Below the pieces are notes generated by a model, which saw only the letters and a program-made list of their open reading frames with translations, was not told where the DNA came from and did no database searches. Shown piece after piece: positions 1 through 10,676 of a DNA stretch of 64,000 bases. The DNA lies in contig CAVOYH010000001.1 in NCBI GenBank assembly GCA_963700635.1, positions 192,001 through 256,000 on the forward strand, in the 5' to 3' direction. The DNA is from an uncultured Bacteroidota bacterium (GTDB lineage Bacteria > Bacteroidota > Ignavibacteria > UBA10030 > UBA6906). Each line of letters begins with the position of its first letter. Position 1 is the stretch's first letter. Both the position numbers and the translations under genes were made by a program.

Positions 1-915
1 CGTGCCTGGGAGCATATCCAGGAAATCGAATCGCTCGGTGGAATGGCGAAGGCCATCGAAACAGGGTTGCCCAAGATGCGTATTGAAGAGGCTGCGGCAC
101 GACGACAGGCCCGCATTGATTCAGGGAGTGACTTCATCGTGGGAGTGAACACATACCGCCTGCCCGCAGAGGATCCGATCCAAATCCTCGAAGTCGACAA
201 CGCCGCGGTCCGGGAAGCACAGGTCCGCAGACTTGCATCGCTCAGGGGAACACGGGACGAGGCGAAGGTAAAGGCCTCGCTGGACGGGCTGGCATTATCG
301 GCCAGCACCGGCAAGGGGAATCTCCTGGAGCTCGCCGTCAGCGCGGCGCGTGCACGGGCTACGCTCGGAGAAATATCTTCTGCGCTGGAACAGGTATGGG
401 GGCGGCATACGGCGGTCATAAAAACGATCTCAGGCGTCTACAGCAGAGAGTTTGCCGTGAATAATGAAGTGCTTGAAGTGCGTGCGCTGACGGATGCCTT
501 TGCAAAAAAGGAAGGCCGCCGGCCAAGAATCCTTGTGGCCAAGATGGGCCAGGACGGTCACGATCGCGGGGCGAAAGTCATCGCCACCGCGTTTGCAGAT
601 CTCGGATTCGACGTTGACGTTGGTCCACTTTTCCAGACCCCGGAGGAGACAGCCCGGCAGGCGGTGGAAAATGATGTGCATGTCATCGGGATGAGTTCGC
701 TTGCGGGCGGACACAAGACTCTTCTGCCGCAGCTCATGGATACTCTCCGCTCCCTCGGGCGGGAAGATGTGCTCGTCGTTATTGGCGGTGTTATTCCTGC
801 ACAGGACTACGAGTACCTTCGTGAACACGGGGCAAGTGCGATCTTTGGTCCCGGCACGGTGATTCCCACCGCAGCCCGGAAGATTCTGGAAGAACTGCAG
901 CACAGGTTAGGGTAA
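1..915 (+). CDS. scpA: methylmalonyl-CoA mutase, C-terminal part (5' end outside window)
   Basis: Frame is open from base 1 ([20 protein letters not shown]). B12-binding motif [10 protein letters not shown] and SSLAGGH present; followed by meaB and the epimerase. Confidence 0.95.
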   Translation, partial: RAWEHIQEIESLGGMAKAIETGLPKMRIEEAAARRQARIDSGSDFIVGVNTYRLPAEDPIQILEVDNAAVREAQVRRLASLRGTRDEAKVKASLDGLALSASTGKGNLLELAVSAARARATLGEISSALEQVWGRHTAVIKTISGVYSREFAVNNEVLEVRALTDAFAKKEGRRPRILVAKMGQDGHDRGAKVIATAFADLGFDVDVGPLFQTPEETARQAVENDVHVIGMSSLAGGHKTLLPQLMDTLRSLGREDVLVVIGGVIPAQDYEYLREHGASAIFGPGTVIPTAARKILEELQHRLG

Positions 916-1977
916 ATGGATCAGCAAAAAAAATCCCCGTCCGGGCGGATCCAACCCGGTACGGCCGCTGGACCATGGCGCACCCTTACGCCGGAACAAT
1001 ACGTGAAGGGGGTCCGGGAAGGGGACCGGGTGATTCTGGCACGCGCCATCACACTCATTGAGAGTAATGCCCCCCTGCATGCATCTCTGGCCCAGGAAGT
1101 CCTTGCTGCCCTCCTCCCGTTTACGGGGAATTCAGTCCGGATCGGCGTCACCGGAGTACCCGGGGCAGGCAAGAGCACGTTGATTGAAGCCCTCGGACTC
1201 CATCTCACGAACAATGCGCACCAGGTGGCGGTGCTGGCGATCGATCCGAGCAGCAGCCTGACGCGGGGTAGCGTGCTGGGTGATAAGACGCGGATGGAAC
1301 GCCTCTCCCGCGATCCACGCTGTTTTGTCCGTCCCTCCCCCTCCGGAGGCACGCTCGGCGGTGTTGCGCGAAAGACCCGTGAAACGATGCTGCTCTGTGA
1401 AGCGGCCGGATATGACGTCATCCTTGTCGAAACCGTCGGCGTGGGACAGAGTGAAATTACAGTCCGCTCGATGGTGGATTTTTTCCTTCTGCTGCTTCTT
1501 ACGGGGGCGGGCGATGAACTGCAGGGAATCAAGAAGGGCGTGACAGAACTCGCCGACCTGGTCGTTATCAACAAGGCGGACGGCGAGAACAAAATCCTGG
1601 CAGAAACCACACGGAGTGAATGTGCCCGTGCCCTGCACTACTTTACACCGGCGACACAGGGATGGACTGCGCCGGCGCTGACGTGCTCGGCATTGACAGG
1701 GGAGGGGATCACACGGATATGGGAAACTGTTGATGTGTTTTGCCAGGAGACCCGGAAAAGCGGAGCGTTCGCACAACGCCGTCAGACTCAGTTGCTTGAG
1801 TGGGTGCACAGCATCGTTGATGAACACCTGCAATCATCGTTCTACGCGGATCCGGCGATTGTGGACCTGCTTCCCCGGCTCGAACAGGAACTGGCGGCGG
1901 GCAACCTGACGGCAGCAACCGCTGCCCGGACATTGATCAGTACCTTCGAACAACGTCAGCGACGGAAACAGACATGA
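916..1977 (+). CDS. meaB: methylmalonyl-CoA mutase-associated GTPase MeaB
   Basis: P-loop GVPGAGKST plus GSVLGDKTRM, ETVGVGQSE and NKAD motifs. Confidence 0.95.
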   Translation: MDQQKKSPSGRIQPGTAAGPWRTLTPEQYVKGVREGDRVILARAITLIESNAPLHASLAQEVLAALLPFTGNSVRIGVTGVPGAGKSTLIEALGLHLTNNAHQVAVLAIDPSSSLTRGSVLGDKTRMERLSRDPRCFVRPSPSGGTLGGVARKTRETMLLCEAAGYDVILVETVGVGQSEITVRSMVDFFLLLLLTGAGDELQGIKKGVTELADLVVINKADGENKILAETTRSECARALHYFTPATQGWTAPALTCSALTGEGITRIWETVDVFCQETRKSGAFAQRRQTQLLEWVHSIVDEHLQSSFYADPAIVDLLPRLEQELAAGNLTAATAARTLISTFEQRQRRKQT

Positions 1978-2378
1978 AACCTACACACATCGAACACATC
2001 GGCATCGCAGTGAAGAATCTTCAGCAGGCAATCGAGTTGTATGAACGCTTGCTTGGCACCCCCTGTTATGCAGTGGAAGAAGTGGCAGGGCAAAAGGTTC
2101 GCACGGCATTCTTTCAGGTGGGACAGACCAAGATCGAATTGCTGGAATCCACATCACCGGACGGCCCGATCGGCAAGTTCATAGAAAAAAGAGGCGAAGG
2201 CATACATCATATTGCCTATGCCGTGGATGATCTTCCCGGCACCCTCGAGAGTATTCAATTGGCAGGGCTCCAGCTTGTCGACACTCAGCCGAAAAAAGGA
2301 GCCGAGGGATTGTCGATTGCGTTTTTGCACCCCAGATCAACCATGGGTGTGTTAACAGAACTCTGCTCGCAGGGATAG
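1974..2378 (+). CDS. mce: methylmalonyl-CoA epimerase
   Basis: VOC-family motifs HIGIAV, KIELLE, EGIHHIAY and FLHP; operon context. Confidence 0.95.
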   Translation: MKPTHIEHIGIAVKNLQQAIELYERLLGTPCYAVEEVAGQKVRTAFFQVGQTKIELLESTSPDGPIGKFIEKRGEGIHHIAYAVDDLPGTLESIQLAGLQLVDTQPKKGAEGLSIAFLHPRSTMGVLTELCSQG

Positions 2379-2409
2379 GCGATCAAGCGCTCAGAAAAGG
2401 GAAAAAGGT

Positions 2410-3963
2410 ATGGAAACGGTAAATGAGAAGTTACGGATACTGAAAGAAAACAACGCTCACGTCAATCTCGGAGGGGGGAAAGAGCGTCTCGAGGCCCAGC
2501 ATAAGGCGGGGAAGATGACAGCGCACGAACGCCTCCATCTGTTGTATGACGAAGGGTTTTACGACGAACTGTTCCGGTTTGTCCGGCACCATGCCGTATC
2601 CTTCGGAATGGCCGACCGGGATTTGCCCGCAGACGGGGTCGTAACGGGGCTGGGGGCTATCCGGGGAAGGCTTGTGTATGCCTCGTCGCAGGATTTCACC
2701 GTCATGGGCGGCAGTGTCGGGTATATGCATGCCTGGAAAATCTGTGAGATCATGGATATGGCGTTGAAGGCGGGGGCGCCATTTGTGGCCGTGAATGACA
2801 GCGGCGGAGCGAGAATTCAGGAGGGGGTCGACTCCCTGCAGGGATACGGACGAATCTTCTACTTCAACACCCTGCTCTCTGGCGTTGTGCCCCAGATTTC
2901 CATTATCGCCGGCCCCTGCGCCGGGGGCGCTGCGTATTCTCCTGCATTGATGGATTTTATCGTCATGGTCAAGGGGACCGGGCAGATGTTTATAGCAGGC
3001 CCGGAAGTCATCAAAGAAGCAACCGGTGAAACGATCACGGCCGAAGAGCTCGGAGGTGCGTTTGCACAGGCCGCGCAAAGTGGAAATGTACACTTCATCG
3101 CCCGTGACGATGCTGATGCCATCGAGATTGTTCAAAATCTGTTGAGCTACCTCCCCAGCAACAACACGGAAGATCCACCGTTCCAGGGTACCGGCGATCT
3201 GACACTTATCGAGGATGAAGGACTGAATAGGGTGGTGCCCGATGATCCCCGTGACCCGTATAACATGTTTGATATCCTGAATATGATATTCGATCCCGGG
3301 ACCATTTTTGAAGTGCACAGCCACTACGCAAAAAACATTATTGTCTGTTTTGCCCGCCTCAATGGCAGGGTTGTTGGTGTTGTGGCAAACCAGCCCGCCG
3401 AAAAATTCGGCGCGATTGATATCGACGCTTCGGACAAAGCCTCACGGTTTATCAGATTCTGCAACGCATTTAACATCCCCCTGATTACGTTTGTGGATGT
3501 TCCGGGCTTTCTCCCCGGCGTGGAACAGGAGTTCGGCGGGATCATCCGTCATGGCGCAAAGATGTTGTTCTCGTTTTCTGCGGCGACCGTTCCGAAGATC
3601 TCCGTGGTCGTCCGGAAAGCATACGGGGGAGCATATCTTGCCATGTGTGCGAAAGCGCTTGAAGCGGACCGGGTCGCAGCCTGGCCGACGGCGGAAATCG
3701 CCGTGATGGGCGCCGAGGGCGCGGTGAGTGTGCTGTTCCGCAGTGAAATCAAACGCGACGCGGACCCGCGGGCGAGGCGGCAGGAACTTATCGAGGAGTA
3801 CAAGATTCAGTTTTCCAATCCGTATCAGGCTGCGCACGCGGGCATGGTGGATGCCGTGATTGAACCGAAAAAGACCCGGGCCTACCTTTCCGTGGCGCTG
3901 GAATCCCTGCGGAACAAGCGCGACCTGCGGCCTCAGAAAAAACACGGCCTCATTCCACTCTGA
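2410..3963 (+). CDS. mmdA: methylmalonyl-CoA decarboxylase/carboxyltransferase subunit alpha
   Basis: Carboxyltransferase motifs DSGGARIQEG, GPCAGGAAYSPA, VDVPGFLPG and C-terminal KKHGLIPL. Confidence 0.85.
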   Translation: METVNEKLRILKENNAHVNLGGGKERLEAQHKAGKMTAHERLHLLYDEGFYDELFRFVRHHAVSFGMADRDLPADGVVTGLGAIRGRLVYASSQDFTVMGGSVGYMHAWKICEIMDMALKAGAPFVAVNDSGGARIQEGVDSLQGYGRIFYFNTLLSGVVPQISIIAGPCAGGAAYSPALMDFIVMVKGTGQMFIAGPEVIKEATGETITAEELGGAFAQAAQSGNVHFIARDDADAIEIVQNLLSYLPSNNTEDPPFQGTGDLTLIEDEGLNRVVPDDPRDPYNMFDILNMIFDPGTIFEVHSHYAKNIIVCFARLNGRVVGVVANQPAEKFGAIDIDASDKASRFIRFCNAFNIPLITFVDVPGFLPGVEQEFGGIIRHGAKMLFSFSAATVPKISVVVRKAYGGAYLAMCAKALEADRVAAWPTAEIAVMGAEGAVSVLFRSEIKRDADPRARRQELIEEYKIQFSNPYQAAHAGMVDAVIEPKKTRAYLSVALESLRNKRDLRPQKKHGLIPL

Positions 3964-3977
3964 CACCGGAAAAAACA

Positions 3978-4328
3978 ATGCAACAGAATATTATTGAAAG
4001 TCTCCTTCTGCTTGTCGTCGGGATCTCCGTGGTCTTCACGGCGCTCCTGATTCTGGCCGGCATGATACGAATGCTGGATTGGATCGACCGTTCCATCAAC
4101 GCTCTCCGAATCCGGAAGTATTCTGCGAAGGTCGAAACCCTTCAGATTGATGACGATGTGAACGACGAAATCGTTGCAGTTCTCTCGGCAGCCGTGACGA
4201 CAGTTCTGAACCAGCAGGTGAGGATCCGAAAAATCCGGTTTCTCAGCGGTGGACCCGCGCCGGCATGGGCGGTAACGGGACGAGTGAACATAATGGCTTC
4301 GCATGCTATTTCCAAGAGGAAATCCTGA
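3978..4328 (+). CDS. OadG/MmdD-family decarboxylase membrane anchor subunit
   Basis: Single N-terminal TM (GISVVFTALLIL), EIVAVLSAAV motif and W...GR tail; lies between the alpha and biotin-carrier genes. Confidence 0.85.
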   Translation: MQQNIIESLLLLVVGISVVFTALLILAGMIRMLDWIDRSINALRIRKYSAKVETLQIDDDVNDEIVAVLSAAVTTVLNQQVRIRKIRFLSGGPAPAWAVTGRVNIMASHAISKRKS

Positions 4329-4330
4329 CC

Positions 4331-4735
4331 ATGAAGAAACTGCTGATCACCGTAAACGGAAAACGGTACGAAGTTGATGTTGAAGTCGTGCACGACGACG
4401 AACTCATTGAAAGCCAGCCCGCATTCCGTCCACCGGTCCGTACCGTGGACAGTTATGTAACGCCGGTGCACGCACCGCTCCCGTTGCCGGCGACGGGCAA
4501 GGGTAAATCCGGTTCGGGGGACAAGAAAATCCTGACATCCCCGATCAATGGACTGATTCTCCAGATCCCTGTGAAGGAAGGAGACGCCGTCAAACAGAAC
4601 GACATCCTGTTCGTGCTTGAGGCGATGAAAATGAAGACGAATATTTCGTCGCCGCAAACCGGCAAGATCAAGAGCATCAAGGTGAAGGTGTCAGACAAGA
4701 TCGAAGCAGGCCAGGCGCTTCTCACGTTCGAATAA
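4331..4735 (+). CDS. mmdC: biotin carboxyl carrier subunit of decarboxylase
   Basis: EAMKM biotinylation motif and N-terminal [16 protein letters not shown] at 4331 follows a GAGGA SD. Confidence 0.9.
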   Translation: MKKLLITVNGKRYEVDVEVVHDDELIESQPAFRPPVRTVDSYVTPVHAPLPLPATGKGKSGSGDKKILTSPINGLILQIPVKEGDAVKQNDILFVLEAMKMKTNISSPQTGKIKSIKVKVSDKIEAGQALLTFE

Positions 4736-4749
4736 CGGAAGCACCGAAC

Positions 4750-5880
4750 ATGCTAGAGAACCTCGAGAAATTCGTCCTGGGAATGGGATTCTGGCACCTT
4801 ACCTTGGGTCAGGTGGCCATGCTTGCCATTGCTTCATTGTTGATCTATCTCGCCATCAAGCGGGGGTTTGAACCACTGCTTCTTCTGCCGATCGGGCTGG
4901 GAGCGTTCCTGGCGAATCTGCCGGGGAACGGATTGCTCGCTGCCCCGCACGGGAATGAGATCGGCGGACTGTATTACTATCTGTCGAAGGGGATCGAACT
5001 CGAAATTTTTCCACCTCTGATTTTCCTTGGCATCGGAGCGATGACGGACTTCGGACCGCTTCTGGCCAACCCCAAGACCTTTCTCCTGGGAGCCGCTGCA
5101 CAGCTGGGAGTGTTTATAGCGCTCTTTTCTGCAGTGTTGTTGGGTTTTGACCTCAAGGAGGCGGCGGCGATCGGTATCATCGGGGGCGCCGATGGCCCGA
5201 CTGCGATATACCTCGCCCTCAAACTCGCGCCCCACCTTCTTGGTCCTATCGCCGTTGCCGCATACTCGTATATGGCCCTGGTCCCTCTTATCCAGCCGCC
5301 GATCATGCGGGCGCTGACAACAGACAAAGAACGTATGGTGGTCATGGAGACCCTCAAACCCGTCTCCCGCAAGATCAAGCTCATCTTCCCTCTGGCCGTA
5401 ACCATTGTGGGCGTGTTTATCGTTCCCCCGGCGGCCCCGTTGCTGGCCATGCTGATGGGGGGCAATCTTCTCCGCGAAAGCAAAGTGGTGGAACGGCTGT
5501 CAAATATGGCCCAGAACGAACTTATCAACATCGTGACGTTTTTCCTCGGCACCTGTGTAGGGATGACCATGGCCGCAGACGTGTTCCTCCGGTGGGAAAC
5601 GCTCAAGATCATCAGTCTTGGCGTCGTTGCCTTCGGATTTTCGACGGTTGGCGGACTGCTCATCGGCAAACTCATGTACCGCTTTAGCGGGGGTAAGATT
5701 AACCCTCTGATCGGATCGGCCGGGGTCTCCGCGGTGCCCATGGCAGCCCGTGTGTCGCATAATGTCGGGCAGGAATACAATCCGCAGAATTACCTGCTCA
5801 TGCATGCCATGGGACCAAACGTCGCCGGCGTCCTCGGGACGGCGATTGCCGCCGGGGTTCTGATTGCCATCCTTGGATAA
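4750..5880 (+). CDS. mmdB: Na+-translocating decarboxylase subunit beta
   Basis: Signatures [33 protein letters not shown] and MGPNVAG. Confidence 0.93.
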   Translation: MLENLEKFVLGMGFWHLTLGQVAMLAIASLLIYLAIKRGFEPLLLLPIGLGAFLANLPGNGLLAAPHGNEIGGLYYYLSKGIELEIFPPLIFLGIGAMTDFGPLLANPKTFLLGAAAQLGVFIALFSAVLLGFDLKEAAAIGIIGGADGPTAIYLALKLAPHLLGPIAVAAYSYMALVPLIQPPIMRALTTDKERMVVMETLKPVSRKIKLIFPLAVTIVGVFIVPPAAPLLAMLMGGNLLRESKVVERLSNMAQNELINIVTFFLGTCVGMTMAADVFLRWETLKIISLGVVAFGFSTVGGLLIGKLMYRFSGGKINPLIGSAGVSAVPMAARVSHNVGQEYNPQNYLLMHAMGPNVAGVLGTAIAAGVLIAILG

Positions 5881-5907
5881 CATCATTCTTATCATGAAGG
5901 AATACAC

Positions 5908-6781
5908 GTGAATCTCCTCTGGGCTGTTGTACTCGGAATCATTCAGGGGCTGACAGAATTTCTCCCAATCAGCAGCACCGCGCATTTGACGATCGCCGGG
6001 AAACTGCTGGGACTCGTCGATCTTGAACACCCCGAGGCATGGACGGCCTTTATCGCTGTGATGCAGCTGGGCACCATGGTAGCTGTGCTGGCGTACTTCT
6101 GGAAGGACCTTCTGGACATCGTCATCGGTCTGTTCGGCGATCTCGTAACGAAGACCAGATATGCGCCGTGAACGCGGCTGGTCGCAGCAAAGTCGCCTTG
6201 CACTCGCAATAGTCCTTGGTACCATTCCCGTGGGACTTGTCGGGTTTTTTCTTCGCCACCAGATCGAAGGGGTCTTCACCAAGAGCATACTCGTCATCAC
6301 GGGGAGTCTGGTGGGACTTGCCGCGCTTCTCTGGCTTGCGGAAAAGGTTGCACGCCACCAACGCACCATCGAGCATGTGGGGTTGTGGGATGCATTGCTT
6401 GTCGGATGTGCACAGGCACTGGCATTGATTCCGGGCTCCTCCCGCTCCGGAACGACGATTACCGCAGCCCTCTTCCTGGGATTCACGCGTGAAGCTGCCG
6501 CCCGTTTCTCGTTTCTGCTCAGTGTCCCTGCCGTCCTTGCGAGCGGGATCTATGAACTCTACAAGATTGGCAGCATGCACCAGGCTGGCACTGACATATT
6601 TCATCTCGGGATAACGAACCTTGCGGTTGCGACCATTGTCTCCGGTGTTTCGGGGTACGCAGCAATTGCCTGGCTGCTCAAATACCTCATAAAACATACG
6701 ACCATGATTTTTGTTTGGTACCGGTTTGTCCTTGGTGCAGTCCTGACGCTCCTCCTGATGGCGGAACTGATCCAGCCGTAG
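5908..6781 (+). pseudogene. uppP: undecaprenyl-diphosphate phosphatase UppP/BacA, split by a 1-nt frameshift near 6145-6165
   Basis: First ORF carries QGLTEFLPISSTAH; the overlapping +1-frame ORF carries PGSSRSGTTI and AARFSFLL. May be a sequencing indel. Confidence 0.8.
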
Positions 6782-7035
6782 GCATCCATGGGACAGATCC
6801 ACGCACCCGGACGGCTCCGGTTGAGGCTGGTCTCCTGATTCTCCCTGCACATAGGCCGTAGGCTTCAGCCTAGATTCCTGATGTTTCTGAAGAGGACAAG
6901 AGATGGGTGACACACCTCACTCTGTCCTTCCCATAGTGACTTGGGGCACAGTCTCGCCAGACCCATCTGCGTACATTGTCCTACCGTGGTTTGCCATCCA
7001 TTCCACTTTCTTACGACCAGAAGGACGCTTCCCCC

Positions 7036-7701
7036 ATGACGCCCCGCGAAACGTATGTCCAGGCGAAAATCGAACATTATGTAGAAAAAGCTGAAGCGTA
7101 TTTTGCTATGGCCCGGTACCCCGCAGCCAGTCGTGCCCTGCATCACGTTCTGGCCCTTGATCCCGACAACCAGGCCTGCATGGGTTTACGTCATCGGATC
7201 CAGGAGCAGGCAACCGCACTCTCCCGTCAGAGTAATGGCAAACACCATCACACAGGAAGAGGCGGAAACGGTTCTGGCGACGACTCTTCCGGACAAACGG
7301 GCCACCAGCGCGGACTTGTTGTCATGATCGATCAGGACGAACGACTCCTGTCCCAATTGGCCGGTGTGCTCCCTCGCCATGGGTACCGCTTTGCAGGCGC
7401 AGCAAGTTACGATGAAGCTCTTGAGCTTTTTTCTCTTGTGACCCCTGACGTGGTCATTTCCGAGGTCAATTTTGACGCTGGCGCGAGGGGATTTGATCTC
7501 TTTCTCTGGCTGCGAACGCATACCACTCTGGCACGCACCCCGTTCATGTTTCACGCTACACGCATCGATCCTGATGTCCTGCTTGCCGGCAAGCGGCTTG
7601 GCGTTGACGATTTTCTCCTGAAACCCGTTGACGGGGCAATACTTGCAGCAGCCGCTGCGCACGCGATGAACAGGCGGAGATCATTGCCGGTCCCTTCCTG
7701 A
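7036..7701 (+). CDS. TPR-like helix pair plus atypical receiver domain protein
   Basis: C-terminal REC fold (VMIDQD...DVVISE...DDFLLKP) and N-terminal TPR-like segment (AEAYFAMARYPAASRALHHVLALDPDN). ATG 7036 follows AAGGA; start uncertain. Confidence 0.75.
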   Translation: MTPRETYVQAKIEHYVEKAEAYFAMARYPAASRALHHVLALDPDNQACMGLRHRIQEQATALSRQSNGKHHHTGRGGNGSGDDSSGQTGHQRGLVVMIDQDERLLSQLAGVLPRHGYRFAGAASYDEALELFSLVTPDVVISEVNFDAGARGFDLFLWLRTHTTLARTPFMFHATRIDPDVLLAGKRLGVDDFLLKPVDGAILAAAAAHAMNRRRSLPVPS

Positions 7702-7706
7702 TGTTC

Positions 7707-7735
7707 TTGCTTTTCCTGTTGAAACTCCCTACTAT
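7707..7735 (+). promoter_or_regulatory. sigma70-type promoter for queE-queC-fumarase
   Basis: TTGCTT-N17-TACTAT, 27 nt before the queE ATG. Confidence 0.55.
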
Positions 7736-7762
7736 ACCCGGGCCGCCAATTTCCCCCCGGGT

Positions 7763-8407
7763 ATGACTGAACTCGTCGTCAACGAAATTTTCCATAGTAT
7801 CCAGGGCGAATCCAGCCACGTGGGACGTCCCTGTGTCTTTGTTCGTCTCACCTACTGCAATCTCCGATGCACATGGTGTGATACGGCATATGCTTTTTCC
7901 GAAGGACGGACGATGTCCGTGGCGGCAATTCTCGAGGAGGTTGCGCGGTTTGAGTGTGGTCTTGTTGAGGTGACCGGGGGTGAACCTCTGCTCCAGCCAG
8001 ACGTACACCAGCTTCTCGGCGCTCTGTGCGATGAGGGTTATGAAACGCTCCTGGAGACCGGGGGAAGTCTGGATATCACCATGGTTGATCAGCGGGTGCA
8101 CCGCATTATGGATATCAAGTGCCCGGGAAGTGGCATGGAGGCCAGAAATCTTCTCTCCAATCTACAGCATCTCCGGCGGGCGGATGAAGTGAAATTTGTG
8201 CTGACGGACAGGGCGGATTTTGACTGGGCATGCGCTGCCATAGCGGATCACGCCCTGATCGAACGTTGTCATGTTCTTTTCTCGCCCGTGTTCGGCGTGC
8301 TTGATCCGACCAAACTGGCCCAATGGGTGCTCGACAGCGGCCTGCAGGTTCGGCTCCAGCTGCAATTGCACAAACATCTTTGGGACCCGCAACGACGGGG
8401 CGTCTGA
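7763..8407 (+). CDS. queE: 7-carboxy-7-deazaguanine synthase (radical SAM)
   Basis: [24 protein letters not shown] and QLHK motifs; adjacent to queC. Confidence 0.93.
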   Translation: MTELVVNEIFHSIQGESSHVGRPCVFVRLTYCNLRCTWCDTAYAFSEGRTMSVAAILEEVARFECGLVEVTGGEPLLQPDVHQLLGALCDEGYETLLETGGSLDITMVDQRVHRIMDIKCPGSGMEARNLLSNLQHLRRADEVKFVLTDRADFDWACAAIADHALIERCHVLFSPVFGVLDPTKLAQWVLDSGLQVRLQLQLHKHLWDPQRRGV

Positions 8408-9099
8408 TGAACCCTCAACCGGCCATTGTTCTGGTAAGCGGGGGGATGGACAGTTGTGTCACGGCTGCAATTGCTGCGCGCGAACACTCTGAACTGGCGT
8501 TTCTCCATGCCAATTACGGCCAGCGGACGGAACAGCGGGAGCTACTCGCGTTTAAGGCCATCGCACTCCACTATGACGTTCGCCACACGCTCGTCGTTTC
8601 ACTTGCGCACCTTGCTGCCATCGGCGGATCATCGCTCACCGATTCGGAGATTCCGGTTTCGCCTGCTGATCTCCACGCGCAGGGTGTCCCCACATCGTAT
8701 GTGCCGTTCCGCAATGGGAATTTGCTGGCCGTTGCGGCGAGCTGGGCTGAAGTTCTTGGAGCCCGGTCACTGTACATCGGTGCGGTGGAAGAGGATTCTT
8801 CCGGCTATCCGGATTGCCGCCGGATCTTTTTTGACGCCTTCACCGACGTCATCCGTCATGGTACCAGGCCGGGAACATCCATAGAAATCCACACACCGCT
8901 GATTCGGTTGACAAAAGCCGAAATCGTCAAAAAGGGAATATCTCTGCAGGCGCCGCTGGAACATACGTGGTCATGTTATCAACATGACAATGTCGCCTGC
9001 GGTGTGTGTGACAGCTGCGCGCTCCGCTTGCGGGGATTCCAGGCGGCCGGAGTGCCGGATCCAATTCCCTATGTTGTTCGACCCGACTATCGTTATTAA
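8407..9099 (+). CDS. queC: 7-cyano-7-deazaguanine synthase
   Basis: [19 protein letters not shown] and TWSCY...CGVCDSC motifs. ATG overlaps the queE stop (TGATG). Confidence 0.95.
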   Translation: MNPQPAIVLVSGGMDSCVTAAIAAREHSELAFLHANYGQRTEQRELLAFKAIALHYDVRHTLVVSLAHLAAIGGSSLTDSEIPVSPADLHAQGVPTSYVPFRNGNLLAVAASWAEVLGARSLYIGAVEEDSSGYPDCRRIFFDAFTDVIRHGTRPGTSIEIHTPLIRLTKAEIVKKGISLQAPLEHTWSCYQHDNVACGVCDSCALRLRGFQAAGVPDPIPYVVRPDYRY

Positions 9100-9104
9100 A
9101 GGAG

Positions 9105-10634
9105 ATGCCCATGGAACATTTCAAGAAGAGTATGTTCGCGTTGATCGTAGAAACCTCATCGAATCTCCCCCCCGATGTGCGTCGCGCCATCGAGTCGGCA
9201 CGTCAGCGGGAAAAACCCGGGACACAGGCAATGCTCGCACTCGAGACGATCGCCCTGAACGTGGATATGGCCTGTGATGCGCCCGCACCAATCTGCCAGG
9301 ATACCGGTATGCCCACGTTCGAGATCAAGACCCCTCTCGGCGCAAACCAGATGCTCATGCAGGCTGCGATCCGGGATGCGATTGTTGATGCGACAAAAGA
9401 GGGAAAACTCCGGCCGAATGCCGTGGACTCGCTGACCGGAAAAAACAGTGGCAACAACCTCGGTGAGGGCGCCCCGGTTATCCACTTCGAACAATGGGAA
9501 AAAGACGAGGTGGAAGTCCGCCTGATCCTCAAGGGTGGCGGCTGCGAAAACAAGAACATCCAGTACTCTCTCCCCGCGGAACTGCCGCATCTGGGCAGAG
9601 CAGATCGGACGCTCGACGGCGTCCGCAAGTGTCTGTTGCATGCCGTGTGGCAGGCACAGGGACATGGATGCAGCATCGGTGCAATCGGCGTGGCGATTGG
9701 CGGAGACAGGGCGTCGGGGTATCACTATGCAAAGCAGCAGCTCTTCCGGACCCTTGACGACATCAATCCGAATCCGGAATTGGCCAAGCTGGAGCAGTAC
9801 ATTCTGGAGAAGGCGAACACTCTCGGTATCGGAACGATGGGATTCGGCGGGAACGAAACACTTATAGGATGTAAGATCGGGTCCTTCCACCGCCTCCCTG
9901 CAAGTTTTTTCGTATCGGTTGCATACGATTGCTGGGCGTTCCGCCGGCTGGGGGTGGTACTTGATCCCCGCACCGGTGCCATCCTTCGCTGGCTGTACAA
10001 AGAGGACACTCCTTCCGTCAAGATGGCGCGGAGTGAAGGGTTGCCGCTTACGGGCAGGGAGATACGGTTGGCGCTCCCTCTCGACGAGGCGCAGGTCCGT
10101 GCGTTAAAGGTGGGGGATGTAGTACTATTGAATGGTCCAATGCACACCGGGCGAGATTCGCTGCATCACCATCTGTTAACGCATGATTCGCCGGTCGCAC
10201 TCGATGGCTCCGTCATCTACCATTGCGGACCCGTCGCGCTGAAAAAGGGCGACCGATGGGTTATGAACGCAGCAGGTCCGACGACCAGCAGCCGTGAAGA
10301 ACCATATCAGGGCGACATCCTGCGCAAGTTCCGCATTCGTGCGGTCATCGGGAAGGGTGGCATGGGCGCCAAAACACTTGCAGCATTGAAGGAGGTCGGA
10401 GCGGTCTATCTGAATGCAATCGGAGGCGCGGCCCAATACTACACCAAGTGTATCACAGATGTGAGCGGCGTTGATTTTCTTGAGTTCGGAATACCGGAGG
10501 CCATGTGGCACATCACCGTGAAGGATTTTCCGGCCATTGTTACCATGGACTCCCATGGCAACAGTCTCCATGCCGAGGTCGAAAAGGCATCGGCCACGGT
10601 GCTGGCTGCCTATGCCCCTCCCGAGACGCTCTGA
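9105..10634 (+). CDS. class I (Fe-S) fumarate hydratase, fused alpha/beta
   Basis: PICQDTG, KGGGCEN, GPTTSSR, IGKGG and MDSHGNSLH motifs. Confidence 0.9.
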   Translation: MPMEHFKKSMFALIVETSSNLPPDVRRAIESARQREKPGTQAMLALETIALNVDMACDAPAPICQDTGMPTFEIKTPLGANQMLMQAAIRDAIVDATKEGKLRPNAVDSLTGKNSGNNLGEGAPVIHFEQWEKDEVEVRLILKGGGCENKNIQYSLPAELPHLGRADRTLDGVRKCLLHAVWQAQGHGCSIGAIGVAIGGDRASGYHYAKQQLFRTLDDINPNPELAKLEQYILEKANTLGIGTMGFGGNETLIGCKIGSFHRLPASFFVSVAYDCWAFRRLGVVLDPRTGAILRWLYKEDTPSVKMARSEGLPLTGREIRLALPLDEAQVRALKVGDVVLLNGPMHTGRDSLHHHLLTHDSPVALDGSVIYHCGPVALKKGDRWVMNAAGPTTSSREEPYQGDILRKFRIRAVIGKGGMGAKTLAALKEVGAVYLNAIGGAAQYYTKCITDVSGVDFLEFGIPEAMWHITVKDFPAIVTMDSHGNSLHAEVEKASATVLAAYAPPETL

Positions 10635-10676
10635 CAGTATAGGACAATATATCCTCCGATCGGACAGACCACGAAA

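Noticed and set aside
6825-6955. Cobalamin-riboswitch-like fragments on the minus strand (GTCACTATGGGAAGGAC and AATCAGGAGACCAGCC)
   Set aside because: The upstream GGGAA...GGTG.AA.TCC core is missing and no minus-strand gene lies downstream. A cmscan would settle it.
6903-7094. 63-aa ORF with a GAGGA SD as a possible frameshifted N-terminus of the pseudo-receiver gene
   Set aside because: No recognisable motif, and ATG 7036 with its own SD explains the gene.
7736-7762. Possible preQ1 riboswitch before queE-queC
   Set aside because: The leader is only ~20 nt and lacks the stem plus A-rich tail of preQ1 aptamers.
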